This document shows, piece by piece, positions 36,928 through 44,734 of a stretch of 56,953 nt of DNA. Numbering within the stretch: the first letter of the stretch is position 1; each line of letters opens with the position of its first letter. The notes below the pieces were generated by a model. That model was not told the DNA's origin and did not search any database. It saw nothing but the letters and a program-made list of their open reading frames with translations. This DNA is from Clostridia bacterium. Lineage in GTDB: Bacteria; Bacillota; Clostridia; Oscillospirales; CAG-272. The stretch spans positions 1-56,953 of the forward strand of contig JAFYLR010000005.1 of the NCBI GenBank assembly GCA_017550115.1, read 5' to 3'. The position numbers and the translations under genes were made by a program.

Positions 36928-37804
36928 CGTTTATCGCAAGATAATATTCCTCTGACCAATCCAAGCCTCTGTACTGCTCTGCTCTGTCGTCTTTTTCAAT
37001 AAACTCCATAAGGAGATCGAGCATATCCTTTGTCCATGTGTTTTTGTCGATCTGAGCAGTTGTGAACTTATTAAGGCTTATCATCTCAAAGCCGAACATA
37101 TCCTTCACCTGAGTTTTGGCAGCTCCGCCAACGACCTCAGCCACAAGATGAGAGGGGATAAACAGCACTCCGCCGCCTGCGCCAAACACTACGTCGCCGG
37201 GAAGGCAAACTGCGTTTCCTATCCTTGTAACAGTATTGTATCCGGTCATGATAAAATCACGGATAGGAGTCGGGTCTATTCCTCTGAAATACACCTGTGT
37301 ATTTTCAACCTTTTCCATCTGCTCGGTGTCTCTTACACCGCCCCATATAACAGCACCGCCGTTTTCGTTCTTAGTCTTATTCTTGAGCGCAGTAGTAAGA
37401 TTTCCTCCAAGATAAGTTCCCTTATATATCTTATCATACATATCAATTACCGGAACGTCATATTCATAAAGATTATCAATTACCCACTGATTATATGTAC
37501 CGCTTCTGCCCTCGCTTCTGCCAATATCCTTTGTAACTTCGTCAAGATCAGGTCTGAAAGGACAATAAGTTGCCGTTACTGCTCGTCCGATAAGCTTTCT
37601 GCCGTCATTATGGAGAGTTCTCAGTCTTCCCTCAAACTGACTTTCATAGCCTTTGACAAATATAGGCTTCCAAACCTCTTCAAGAGTGAGATTTCGAAGA
37701 GCCTTCAAGTATTTTTCATCGACCTTCGGACGTCCGTCAGGCAATCTTTCTCCCTTCCATTGAGGTGTCAGTGCTATAACCTCTTCTCTTACGTTAAAAT
37801 TCAT
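36896..37804 (-). CDS. RraA-like / HMG-CHA-aldolase-fold protein, enlarged (about 302 aa)
   Basis: The core GRAVTATYCPFRPD...GGNLTTAL...WGGVRD...GDVVFGAGGGVLFIP resembles the RraA/aldolase family. Start at the ATG at 37804, preceded by GGAGG and in an ATGA overlap with the SDR stop. Confidence 0.6.
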   Translation of the reverse strand: MNFNVREEVIALTPQWKGERLPDGRPKVDEKYLKALRNLTLEEVWKPIFVKGYESQFEGRLRTLHNDGRKLIGRAVTATYCPFRPDLDEVTKDIGRSEGRSGTYNQWVIDNLYEYDVPVIDMYDKIYKGTYLGGNLTTALKNKTKNENGGAVIWGGVRDTEQMEKVENTQVYFRGIDPTPIRDFIMTGYNTVTRIGNAVCLPGDVVFGAGGGVLFIPSHLVAEVVGGAAKTQVKDMFGFEMISLNKFTTAQIDKNTWTKDMLDLLMEFIEKDDRAEQYRGLDWSEEYYLAINGDPNDTQSAL

Positions 37805-38532
37805 AATTTCATTCCTCCGTCTATAAAAATATTTTCTCCTGTTATATATCTGCCTTCGTTCGAACAAAGCAGCAAAAACTGTCCTGCGCAATCATTCGCC
37901 TCTCCCTCAAAGCCTGCGGGAATGCCCTCAAGTACTTTTTTTCTGTATGCTTCGTCGCTTAGAGCATCAAAGTTTCTTGGGGTGTTTATAACACCAGGAG
38001 CTACGTTATTCACGGTTATTCCAAAAGGTGCAAACTGCTTAGCCAGGCTTTCTACCATGTTTAGCTGTGCCGCCTTTGATGCAGCATATACAAGCATATC
38101 CTTATGTGGCTTTGCCTGCTGCACACTTCCAACAGTTATTATCCTTCCCCACCTTTGAGACATCATATGGGGTGCATATTTCTGAATAAGCTTCAGGGAC
38201 GCTTTGAAATTTACTGCAATCTGCTTATCAAATTCCTCATCTGTGATTTTATCCCAGGGATTTCTGTACTGAACCGATGCGTTAAGTATCAATATATCAA
38301 TATCGCCCGTAACCTTAAACAATTCATCGGCACAATCGGTCTTTGACAGATCCGCAACCACAGGTACTGAATTGGGAATTTTTGCAGAGGCGTTGGCTGT
38401 TTTTTCAAAGCTCGATATACCGTTTATAAAAACTTTAGCGCCGTATTTAGCTAAACATTCTGCAATTCCAAAACCGATTCCTTGCGTTGAGCCTGTAACA
38501 AGAGCTTTTTTGCCCGTCAAGTCAAACATCAT
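37801..38532 (-). CDS. SDR-family oxidoreductase (KduD/YjmF-UxuB-like)
   Basis: Motifs TGSTQGIG, NASV and YAASKAA. 243 aa. Confidence 0.85.
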   Translation of the reverse strand: MMFDLTGKKALVTGSTQGIGFGIAECLAKYGAKVFINGISSFEKTANASAKIPNSVPVVADLSKTDCADELFKVTGDIDILILNASVQYRNPWDKITDEEFDKQIAVNFKASLKLIQKYAPHMMSQRWGRIITVGSVQQAKPHKDMLVYAASKAAQLNMVESLAKQFAPFGITVNNVAPGVINTPRNFDALSDEAYRKKVLEGIPAGFEGEANDCAGQFLLLCSNEGRYITGENIFIDGGMKL

Positions 38533-38570
38533 TATATTTTACCTCCCAAAATATTTATAATTTGTCTCTA

Positions 38571-39509
38571 TTATGTAGATTCTAAGATGCCTTTGAGATA
38601 ACCTATGGCAAAAAGTCTGCCAAGCGCCGTATATCCCGGCAGATCCTGATTTTCACCCGCCATAAGCGGTACGTGATCCACACGTATCGGTACGTCCACA
38701 TTGCACTTTTTATATAATTTCATAATATCCGACATATTAATAAGGCCGTTATCGTGGAACGTCTCGTTAAATTTCAATTTGTTACCGACGGCATTCCTGA
38801 AGTGGACAAAAAAGATCTTATCGGCAAGTTTGGGGATCACGTCGTACAAATCCTCCCCCATCATAAGATACGTTGCCTGACACATTGTAACTCCGAGATT
38901 GTCACTGTCAACAATACTTATCGCCTTTTTTATGTTCTCATAGCTTATCATTATCCTTTCAACGTCCCCAAGACGCTCAAGGGGCGGGTCATCCGGGTGA
39001 AGTGCTAACTTTATCCCGTGTTTTTCTGCAAAAGGAATAACCGCTTTTATAAAATATTCGTAGTTGTTCCACAACTGCTCAGACGTTATTCTCTCCCCTA
39101 CCGGTTTGAAATCCTTTATATCAAACCCGGTCACATACGCATCTCCTCTTTCTTTGATGTCGCTTCTGGTCCTTAGCCACCCGATATGTGCCATAAAATT
39201 AAAGCATATGGTTCTTATATTTAAACTCTCCATGATCGGAAACATCTTTATCACTTTTTCGATAGCCTCGTCCCTTTTTTCATCACCTATCTTTATGTGA
39301 TCGTGCAATTCATTAGGCATAGGCTCTATTACGACCGGAGTTATTCCAAAGTCAATAAAATTTTTATATACCTGCTTCCAATGTCCTTCATCATTGATAT
39401 TGAAATCCTTTGTTTCGGGCAGACGAATAACACCATGCTCTACTCCGCATTGACGTGCATAATCCCATGTCAAATCACGTTGCGATCTAAAATAATCTGT
39501 AAGTAACAT
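38571..39509 (-). CDS. uxuA: mannonate dehydratase (UxuA) family TIM-barrel protein
   Basis: Start moved to the ATG at 39509, preceded by GGAGG. Motifs TWDYARQCGV, NFMAHIGWLRT, LHPDDPP and RVDH fit UxuA-like proteins. Confidence 0.7.
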   Translation of the reverse strand: MLLTDYFRSQRDLTWDYARQCGVEHGVIRLPETKDFNINDEGHWKQVYKNFIDFGITPVVIEPMPNELHDHIKIGDEKRDEAIEKVIKMFPIMESLNIRTICFNFMAHIGWLRTRSDIKERGDAYVTGFDIKDFKPVGERITSEQLWNNYEYFIKAVIPFAEKHGIKLALHPDDPPLERLGDVERIMISYENIKKAISIVDSDNLGVTMCQATYLMMGEDLYDVIPKLADKIFFVHFRNAVGNKLKFNETFHDNGLINMSDIMKLYKKCNVDVPIRVDHVPLMAGENQDLPGYTALGRLFAIGYLKGILEST

Positions 39510-39668
39510 AAAGCACCTCCTACTCCATTTTAATGATACCATTTACCTTATATATCTGTCAATCCATAAAACAACACAAAAAGTTTTCTTTTTTACACTT
39601 GATTTTTCTCTTTTTTGTGATATTATTGTTATAGTAAATTTTTCAATTTTAGGAGCTGTTACGTAATA

Positions 39669-40421
39669 ATGTTTAAGATTTCGGATATAATCCACCTAAG
39701 AAGAAACAAAATAGCGTTTAATACGACAAATAAAATTTTTGACACAATAAGCATCAGAATTTCCGGAGAAAGTTTATTTTTTTATAATAACGAAAAAGTC
39801 AAAGTAAAAAAAGGGGACATACTCTTTATCCCCTACGGGTCTGACTATTCACAAGAGACAGAGGGTGAAGAAATACTCTGCTTTCACCTTGAAAGCAATG
39901 TATATTTTCCTAAAAATATGCACGTCATACATTCAGAGAACGCCGAAGAGATATATGAGCTCTTCAAGGATGCATACAGCTTATGGAAAAAACAAGAAGA
40001 TAATTATATGCTTTTATGCCTGTCCAATTTGTATAAGATAATTGCATTATCCGGCACAAAATTGTCATCGATGAATACCACACCCCCAAGCATCATAGAC
40101 GCTTCCGTAGATTATCTGAACCAACATATGTATGATAAGTCGCTCTCTATAGATAAAGCCTCGAGATTATCTCACGTAAGCAGGACGTATTTTAACAAGC
40201 TTTTCAAAGATACGTATGAATGCACTCCGATTGAGTACGTTCATAAAACAAGAATAAATAAAGCAAAAATCCTTCTAGCAACAGAAAACTATACAAAAGC
40301 CGAGATAGCTCAGCTATGCGGTTTTACCGATATGAAATATTTCTATACCCTGTTCAAAAAAATCACAGGCTACTCAACAGGACAGTACTTAAAATTACAC
40401 AAAACGGAAAATTGGCTATGA
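39669..40421 (+). CDS. AraC-family transcriptional regulator (cupin sensor + HTH)
   Basis: The C-terminal sequence SRTYFNKLFKDTYECTPIEYV...AQLCGFTDMKYFYTLFKK is an AraC HTH pair. Divergent from the uxuA-like operon. Confidence 0.85.
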   Translation: MFKISDIIHLRRNKIAFNTTNKIFDTISIRISGESLFFYNNEKVKVKKGDILFIPYGSDYSQETEGEEILCFHLESNVYFPKNMHVIHSENAEEIYELFKDAYSLWKKQEDNYMLLCLSNLYKIIALSGTKLSSMNTTPPSIIDASVDYLNQHMYDKSLSIDKASRLSHVSRTYFNKLFKDTYECTPIEYVHKTRINKAKILLATENYTKAEIAQLCGFTDMKYFYTLFKKITGYSTGQYLKLHKTENWL

Positions 40422-40777
40422 AAATCAACAAAGAAAAAATTAAAGAAAATCTTAAAAAAATCGTATATTTTCTTTTGAATCCCCGTCTGATATTGTGTCT
40501 TGGTATCGCATGGATGATAACAAACGGCTGGTCTTACATTCTGACTGCGTGCGGTACATATTTCCGTATACCTTGGATGACGGCAATAGGGGCAACGTAT
40601 ATGGGACTTTTATGGCTCCCTTTTACCCCCGAAAAAATACTTACAGTAATTATAGCTCTGTTTCTTTTGAAGCGTCTCTTCCCCAATGATAAAAATACTC
40701 TTGCGGTACTAAAAAAAGAATATGAAGCCGCAAAGAAATTTTTCCATAAGCACAAAAACAACTCAAATGATTATTAA
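40418..40777 (+). CDS. small membrane protein (119 aa), unknown function
   Basis: ATGA overlap with the AraC stop. Two or three TM segments. Confidence 0.45.
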   Translation: MKINKEKIKENLKKIVYFLLNPRLILCLGIAWMITNGWSYILTACGTYFRIPWMTAIGATYMGLLWLPFTPEKILTVIIALFLLKRLFPNDKNTLAVLKKEYEAAKKFFHKHKNNSNDY

Positions 40778-40795
40778 ATACCTCGATTTATAAAA

Positions 40796-40834
40796 CAAAA
40801 AAGCACACGGCTAAATGAACCGTGTGCTTTTTTG
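40796..40834. terminator. bidirectional terminator
   Basis: AAAAAAGCACACGG-ctaaatgaa-CCGTGTGCTTTTTT. Confidence 0.8.
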
Positions 40835-41323
40835 TTATTTTTCAAAGCCCTGCAGAAAACCACTCGCATCTGCAGAACAAATGTCTCCGCCAACTACTTT
40901 GTTGCGATATACAAGAATATTGGCATATACCGTACCCTCGTATCCTTCATAGTTTGTTACCTCATATGTATAGCGGGTCAGCTTTTTCTTTTTGTATTTG
41001 CCAAGATCAAGTCCCTGACTCTTCTGAATTTCGTTATATCCGGCAAAAACCTTATCAAATTCAGCAGGAATAACCACTTCCTCACTCTCAATCGGCTCTG
41101 ACGTGACGGTCCAGCCAAACTGCTCAAGGAATTTTATCCTATCCTCATTTGTCTTGATCCTACCATACGAAATACTGACAGTTTTTGTTCCTTCATTTGC
41201 CGACGCCGCCACGTTAGGCTCATACGAAGGCAAAAATGCTATCAGAGTTATCAGTGCAACAAGCGCAACGCACAGAATTCCAAAAAATTTGATCGTGTTC
41301 GCCCTAAGCGAATATACAAACAT
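40835..41323 (-). CDS. membrane-anchored DUF4830-like protein
   Basis: N-terminal TM anchor. FLEQFGW...IPAEFDKVFAGYNEIQKSQGLDL...YTYEVTNY...GGDICS matches my memory of DUF4830. Confidence 0.5.
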   Translation of the reverse strand: MFVYSLRANTIKFFGILCVALVALITLIAFLPSYEPNVAASANEGTKTVSISYGRIKTNEDRIKFLEQFGWTVTSEPIESEEVVIPAEFDKVFAGYNEIQKSQGLDLGKYKKKKLTRYTYEVTNYEGYEGTVYANILVYRNKVVGGDICSADASGFLQGFEK

Positions 41324-41428
41324 ACTACCTTTCCTCCTCGGTCACGAAATTACTTCATTCAATTATATTTCGTAACGCAAGGATTTATGCAGGGTAAACC
41401 GATAAATAATTTCTTAAAAATCACAGTT

Positions 41429-41475
41429 AAATACAAAGAGCGTCTTGGACCAAAGCCCAAAACGCTCTTTGTATT
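41429..41475 (-). terminator. terminator downstream of secG
   Basis: AAATACAAAGAGCGT ... ACGCTCTTTGTATTT inverted repeat. Confidence 0.6.
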
Positions 41476-41502
41476 TCCATGACGGATAATCTCGTAAAAA
41501 AT

Positions 41503-41739
41503 TTAATTTCCTACAATCGCAAACATAACAATAACTACGATAGCAAAAATGATCGCTATTACTGTTGTAGCCTTTGAGAGCACCGCGTCAAAACGAGTAC
41601 CCTTTGACTTGCCGAAGAATGTTTCAGCACCACCTGCGATAGTACCCGAAAGACGCTTATCTTTACCCGACTGCATAAGCACAGCCACGATAAGAAATAC
41701 TGCCATTACGAGAAGAATAATTCCAAAAGCGAGTTCCAT
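41503..41739 (-). CDS. secG: preprotein translocase subunit SecG
   Basis: Start moved to the ATG at 41739, preceded by GGAGG. Sequence MELAFGIILLVMAVFLIVAVLMQSGKDKRLSG..., two TM segments, 78 aa. Confidence 0.85.
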   Translation of the reverse strand: MELAFGIILLVMAVFLIVAVLMQSGKDKRLSGTIAGGAETFFGKSKGTRFDAVLSKATTVIAIIFAIVVIVMFAIVGN

Positions 41740-41898
41740 TTTATATTCCTCCAAAACATCATATACTTTAATGTGTGTCAAATAAAAACACATCAATAAG
41801 CAAAATTCTCATAGATTATATCACATTCGAAACGAAAATGCAATAGAAAACAAAAAAGTTTACAATTTAATGCAATTTGAGATAACCACAATCAAAAA

Positions 41899-42366
41899 TT
41901 ATCCGTATAACCAAGCCGACGGAACAAGAAACGTGTATGGGGCTGTGACAATGGCAAATACCAACGATAATATTATTCTGTGATTTTTGTTGTTTTTTCG
42001 GAACGTAATAAAGTAATTTAGAGAAAAAATTAAAATTGCAGAAATCATTAGTGCAGGTAAAGTTATGTACAGCTCATCTCCCATATGTCCAATCTCAAAA
42101 ACAGCAACCATCAAAAACATATATAATGCACCTATAAAGTCGGATAAAAGTCCTATGCAATATATCTTCAATATATACTTTTTATAGCAAGCCTTTTTAT
42201 CCGCAAACTTCAGTGCAATCATACTAATAAGTAAAACTAAACTGTCTATTATAAAGTTACCGGGCAAAACGATCAACCACATCTGCGGAAACATAAGCAG
42301 CATCCAAAGCGGGAACAAAACATTATAAAATTTAATGTCTTTTGAGGGCTGAAATCGTTTTTTCAT
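41899..42366 (-). CDS. polytopic membrane protein, unknown function
   Basis: 155 aa with 4 hydrophobic segments. Lies 20 nt downstream of the MFS gene. Confidence 0.45.
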   Translation of the reverse strand: MKKRFQPSKDIKFYNVLFPLWMLLMFPQMWLIVLPGNFIIDSLVLLISMIALKFADKKACYKKYILKIYCIGLLSDFIGALYMFLMVAVFEIGHMGDELYITLPALMISAILIFSLNYFITFRKNNKNHRIILSLVFAIVTAPYTFLVPSAWLYG

Positions 42367-42386
42367 AAAATATTCCTCCGAATTTT

Positions 42387-43568
42387 TTATATATTCGATT
42401 CTTTTCTCCTGATTACAAGCTCATGCATAATAGTCATAAGCACCAAAAGCACAAGCAGGTATATAGGAAGAGTGGAAATAGAGGTATAGTCCGCAATAAC
42501 GCCAAACAACGGCGGCATAAGCAAAAAGCCTGTATAAGCAAACGCCATCTGAACGCCTATCATCGCTTGTGATTTATCTCTGCCAAATACGTCGGGCGTC
42601 ATATGAATGATACAGGGGTATATCGGAGCACAGCCAAGTCCGACAATAACAAAGCCTAACAAAGCAAATGTCGAATGAAGCGGCATAAACAAAAGCACGA
42701 TACCAACGCTTATGATCGCAAGTCCCATACGAATAAGACTATGATCTCCGAATCTCATAGAAAGAAAGCCGTTCGCCAATCTGCCAAATGTGACACCGGC
42801 AAAAAACAGACCCGCAAATCCTGCCGCCATCTCGGGTGTGAAATCCCATTTCTGAACAAGATAACTACTCGCCCACAGGGACGTCGTAAGCTCCAATGCA
42901 CAATAACAGAAAAATGTTAAAAAACAAGGAATTGCACCCTTGATAGCAAATATCTCCTTGAATGAAAGCGGAGCTTCAAGTGATTTTTTCTCCGTATCAT
43001 CTTTAACTTTTTCTATTTTTCCACCTTTATTCCATATCGGCAAGCTGATAAAAATAACAACTGACAACAATGCCTGTATTATGGCCACTGCCAAATATCC
43101 GTAATTCCAACTCTCAAAGTAAACAAGTGAAAAGCTCATGATGTATGGACTGATCGACGCACCTACTCCCCACATACAATGAAGCCAACTCATATGCTGT
43201 GCCTTATAATGCAAGGCCACGTAATTATTCAAAATAGCGTCTACACCGCCCGCACCGATACCGTAAGGTATCGACCACAAAATAAACAACCAAAATTTAT
43301 TACTGATATAAAATCCGAACAAGCCAAGTGCCGTTAAGGTAGCACTCACCGCTGTAACCTTCCCTGCACCGAATTTATGCAACAGCTTACCGCTGTAAAG
43401 GCTCGACGATATCGTTCCGACACATATTGTCGCTGATATGATACCGGCAAAGGATACCGGAACGTTTATCTCTGAATGCAACACAGGCCAAGCCGAACCC
43501 AAAAGTGAATCAGGGAGACCAAGGCTTATAAAACAGATGTATATAAGTGCTAATAATAAGCTACCCAC
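42387..43568 (-). CDS. MFS transporter
   Basis: About 12 TM segments, 393 aa. GTG start 9 nt after GGAG. Confidence 0.8.
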   Translation of the reverse strand: MGSLLLALIYICFISLGLPDSLLGSAWPVLHSEINVPVSFAGIISATICVGTISSSLYSGKLLHKFGAGKVTAVSATLTALGLFGFYISNKFWLFILWSIPYGIGAGGVDAILNNYVALHYKAQHMSWLHCMWGVGASISPYIMSFSLVYFESWNYGYLAVAIIQALLSVVIFISLPIWNKGGKIEKVKDDTEKKSLEAPLSFKEIFAIKGAIPCFLTFFCYCALELTTSLWASSYLVQKWDFTPEMAAGFAGLFFAGVTFGRLANGFLSMRFGDHSLIRMGLAIISVGIVLLFMPLHSTFALLGFVIVGLGCAPIYPCIIHMTPDVFGRDKSQAMIGVQMAFAYTGFLLMPPLFGVIADYTSISTLPIYLLVLLVLMTIMHELVIRRKESNI

Positions 43569-43630
43569 TTTTCATTACTCCAATTTATAGTTTATTAATT
43601 TGCTTTATACCGCAAATGGATAATTAGTCC

Positions 43631-43671
43631 AAAAAAGCTAACGTTTATCATAGACAAACGTTAGCTTTTTT
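43631..43671 (-). terminator. terminator immediately after tRNA-Ser
   Basis: AAAAAAGCTAACGTTT-atcatagac-AAACGTTAGCTTTTTT. Confidence 0.7.
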
Positions 43672-43672
43672 G

Positions 43673-43761
43673 TGGCGGAGGGAGTGGGATTCGAACCCAC
43701 GTGGGCGTTAGCCCAAACGGTTTTCAAGACCGCCTCGTTATGACCACTTCGATATCCCTCC
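43673..43761 (-). tRNA. tRNA-Ser (anticodon UGA), CCA encoded
   Basis: Minus strand GGAGGGA...CGGTCTTGAAAACCG...long variable arm...GGGTTCGAATCCCACTCCCTCCGCCA. Acceptor stem is GGAGGGA/TCCCTCC. Anticodon loop is CU-UGA-AA. Confidence 0.9.
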
Positions 43762-43900
43762 GTAAATAGACGGAACAGCGTACATCATATACGGAGCCGG
43801 TAAGCTTGCCGAATCCACTTCGCAACATTCGCTGCAAGGCGAACCCCCTTCGTGATGCATACTGTACATTCCATCGGATTATTTAATTGATACGCATTGC

Positions 43901-43929
43901 ATTATACCACAAAAAAATATGTTTGTCAA
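43901..43929 (-). promoter_or_regulatory. consensus promoter TTGACA-N17-TATAAT (extended -10 TG), about 130 nt upstream of tRNA-Ser
   Basis: On the minus strand: TTGACA (43929-43924), a 17-nt spacer ending in TGG, and TATAAT (43906-43901). Confidence 0.65.
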
Positions 43930-43942
43930 GAGTTTATTTGTC

Positions 43943-43981
43943 AAAAAGTCCTCGGTTTATCTTAAAAACCGAGGACTTTTT
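43943..43981 (-). terminator. terminator after the P-II-like genes
   Basis: AAAAAGTCCTCGGTTT-atcttaa-AAACCGAGGACTTTTT. Confidence 0.8.
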
Positions 43982-43988
43982 GACAAAA

Positions 43989-44318
43989 TTATTTACCTGT
44001 CTTGTTTTCTTCCGCAATTCCGACAACAGCATCAACAGGCATAGAAAATGCGATCCCCTGACCGGGTGTTTTCAGGCCCACCGCCCCATAGAGCGCGTGC
44101 AGTATATCGTTTTTTATCTCGGACGGTACAAGGATCATTACGATCTCCTTCTCCGGCTGTACTGTTATCTGAAACAACTTCTCTGCCTCGCTGTTAGCAG
44201 TTCCTCTTGCGTGTATAACCGTTCCGCCTCGTGCACCAAATTCTCTCGCCGCCTCCATGACCGCCTCTGAAAATCCGGCATTTACTATACAAAATATTAC
44301 TTCGTGCTTAAATTTCAT
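43989..44318 (-). CDS. P-II-like (GlnB-fold) signal protein, copy 2
   Basis: 109 aa. The beta-alpha-beta pattern VIFCIVNAGFSEAVMEAAREFGARGGTVIHARGTA...IVMILV...QGIAFSMPV looks P-II-like but lacks a canonical T-loop Tyr motif. Confidence 0.7.
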   Translation of the reverse strand: MKFKHEVIFCIVNAGFSEAVMEAAREFGARGGTVIHARGTANSEAEKLFQITVQPEKEIVMILVPSEIKNDILHALYGAVGLKTPGQGIAFSMPVDAVVGIAEENKTGK

Positions 44319-44328
44319 TTTGCCCCTC

Positions 44329-44721
44329 CTATGACGGTAAATTCGCTAAAAACTGATAAATAGCAACGCCTATAGTCCCTGTCATAGGAACTGTATATGC
44401 AATACCTTTGCCATTTTTTATCGTACGGAATTTTTCTTCTAATACCGAGAGAGCCTCTGCGGCTTTTTCCTCTTTTATAACGCTTATAATAACGCTTTTT
44501 TCGGAATCGGCAAGCCCGAGAAGGTTAAGTGTTGCCGTCGGTGCCGTTCCCTGTGCCGCCAAAGTAAGCTGCATATTCACTTCAAACGATTGAAGCAGAT
44601 CCGCATAAAACTCGGCTTTTTTTCTGTCAACGACCGTAAAAAGAAGCTGTAATTTCTGAGGAGCCAGATTTTGAGATGATTTTGTCCTGCTTATATCCGA
44701 TTTTTCGGGTTGTTTTTTCAT
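44329..44721 (-). CDS. P-II-like (GlnB-fold) signal protein, copy 1, with about 30 aa of polar N-terminal extension
   Basis: Start moved to the ATG at 44721, preceded by GGAGGAG. Sequence LLFTVVDRKKAEFYADLLQSF...AAQGTA...VIISVI...KGIAYTVPM parallels copy 2. Confidence 0.65.
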   Translation of the reverse strand: MKKQPEKSDISRTKSSQNLAPQKLQLLFTVVDRKKAEFYADLLQSFEVNMQLTLAAQGTAPTATLNLLGLADSEKSVIISVIKEEKAAEALSVLEEKFRTIKNGKGIAYTVPMTGTIGVAIYQFLANLPS

Positions 44722-44734
44722 GTCCGCTCCTCCT

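Noticed and set aside
37148-38158. 336-aa ORF on the + strand
   Set aside because: It is antisense to the RraA-like and SDR genes and has a low-complexity Ser/Ile/Leu composition. A shadow ORF.
43762-43900. SRP (4.5S) RNA or a second tRNA upstream of tRNA-Ser
   Set aside because: It forms a long imperfect hairpin, but the conserved SRP domain IV motif (GUCAGGUCCGGAAGGAAGCAGC-like) is absent. No cloverleaf with a T-loop GGTTCGAAT can be drawn either. It is kept only as an unexplained structured leader.
43570-44000. tRNA-Ser as an integration site for a genomic island or prophage
   Set aside because: There is no integrase, no direct repeat of the tRNA 3' end, and no phage or mobile genes on either side. 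The neighbours are an MFS transporter and the P-II/DUF1538 operon, each with its own promoter and terminator.
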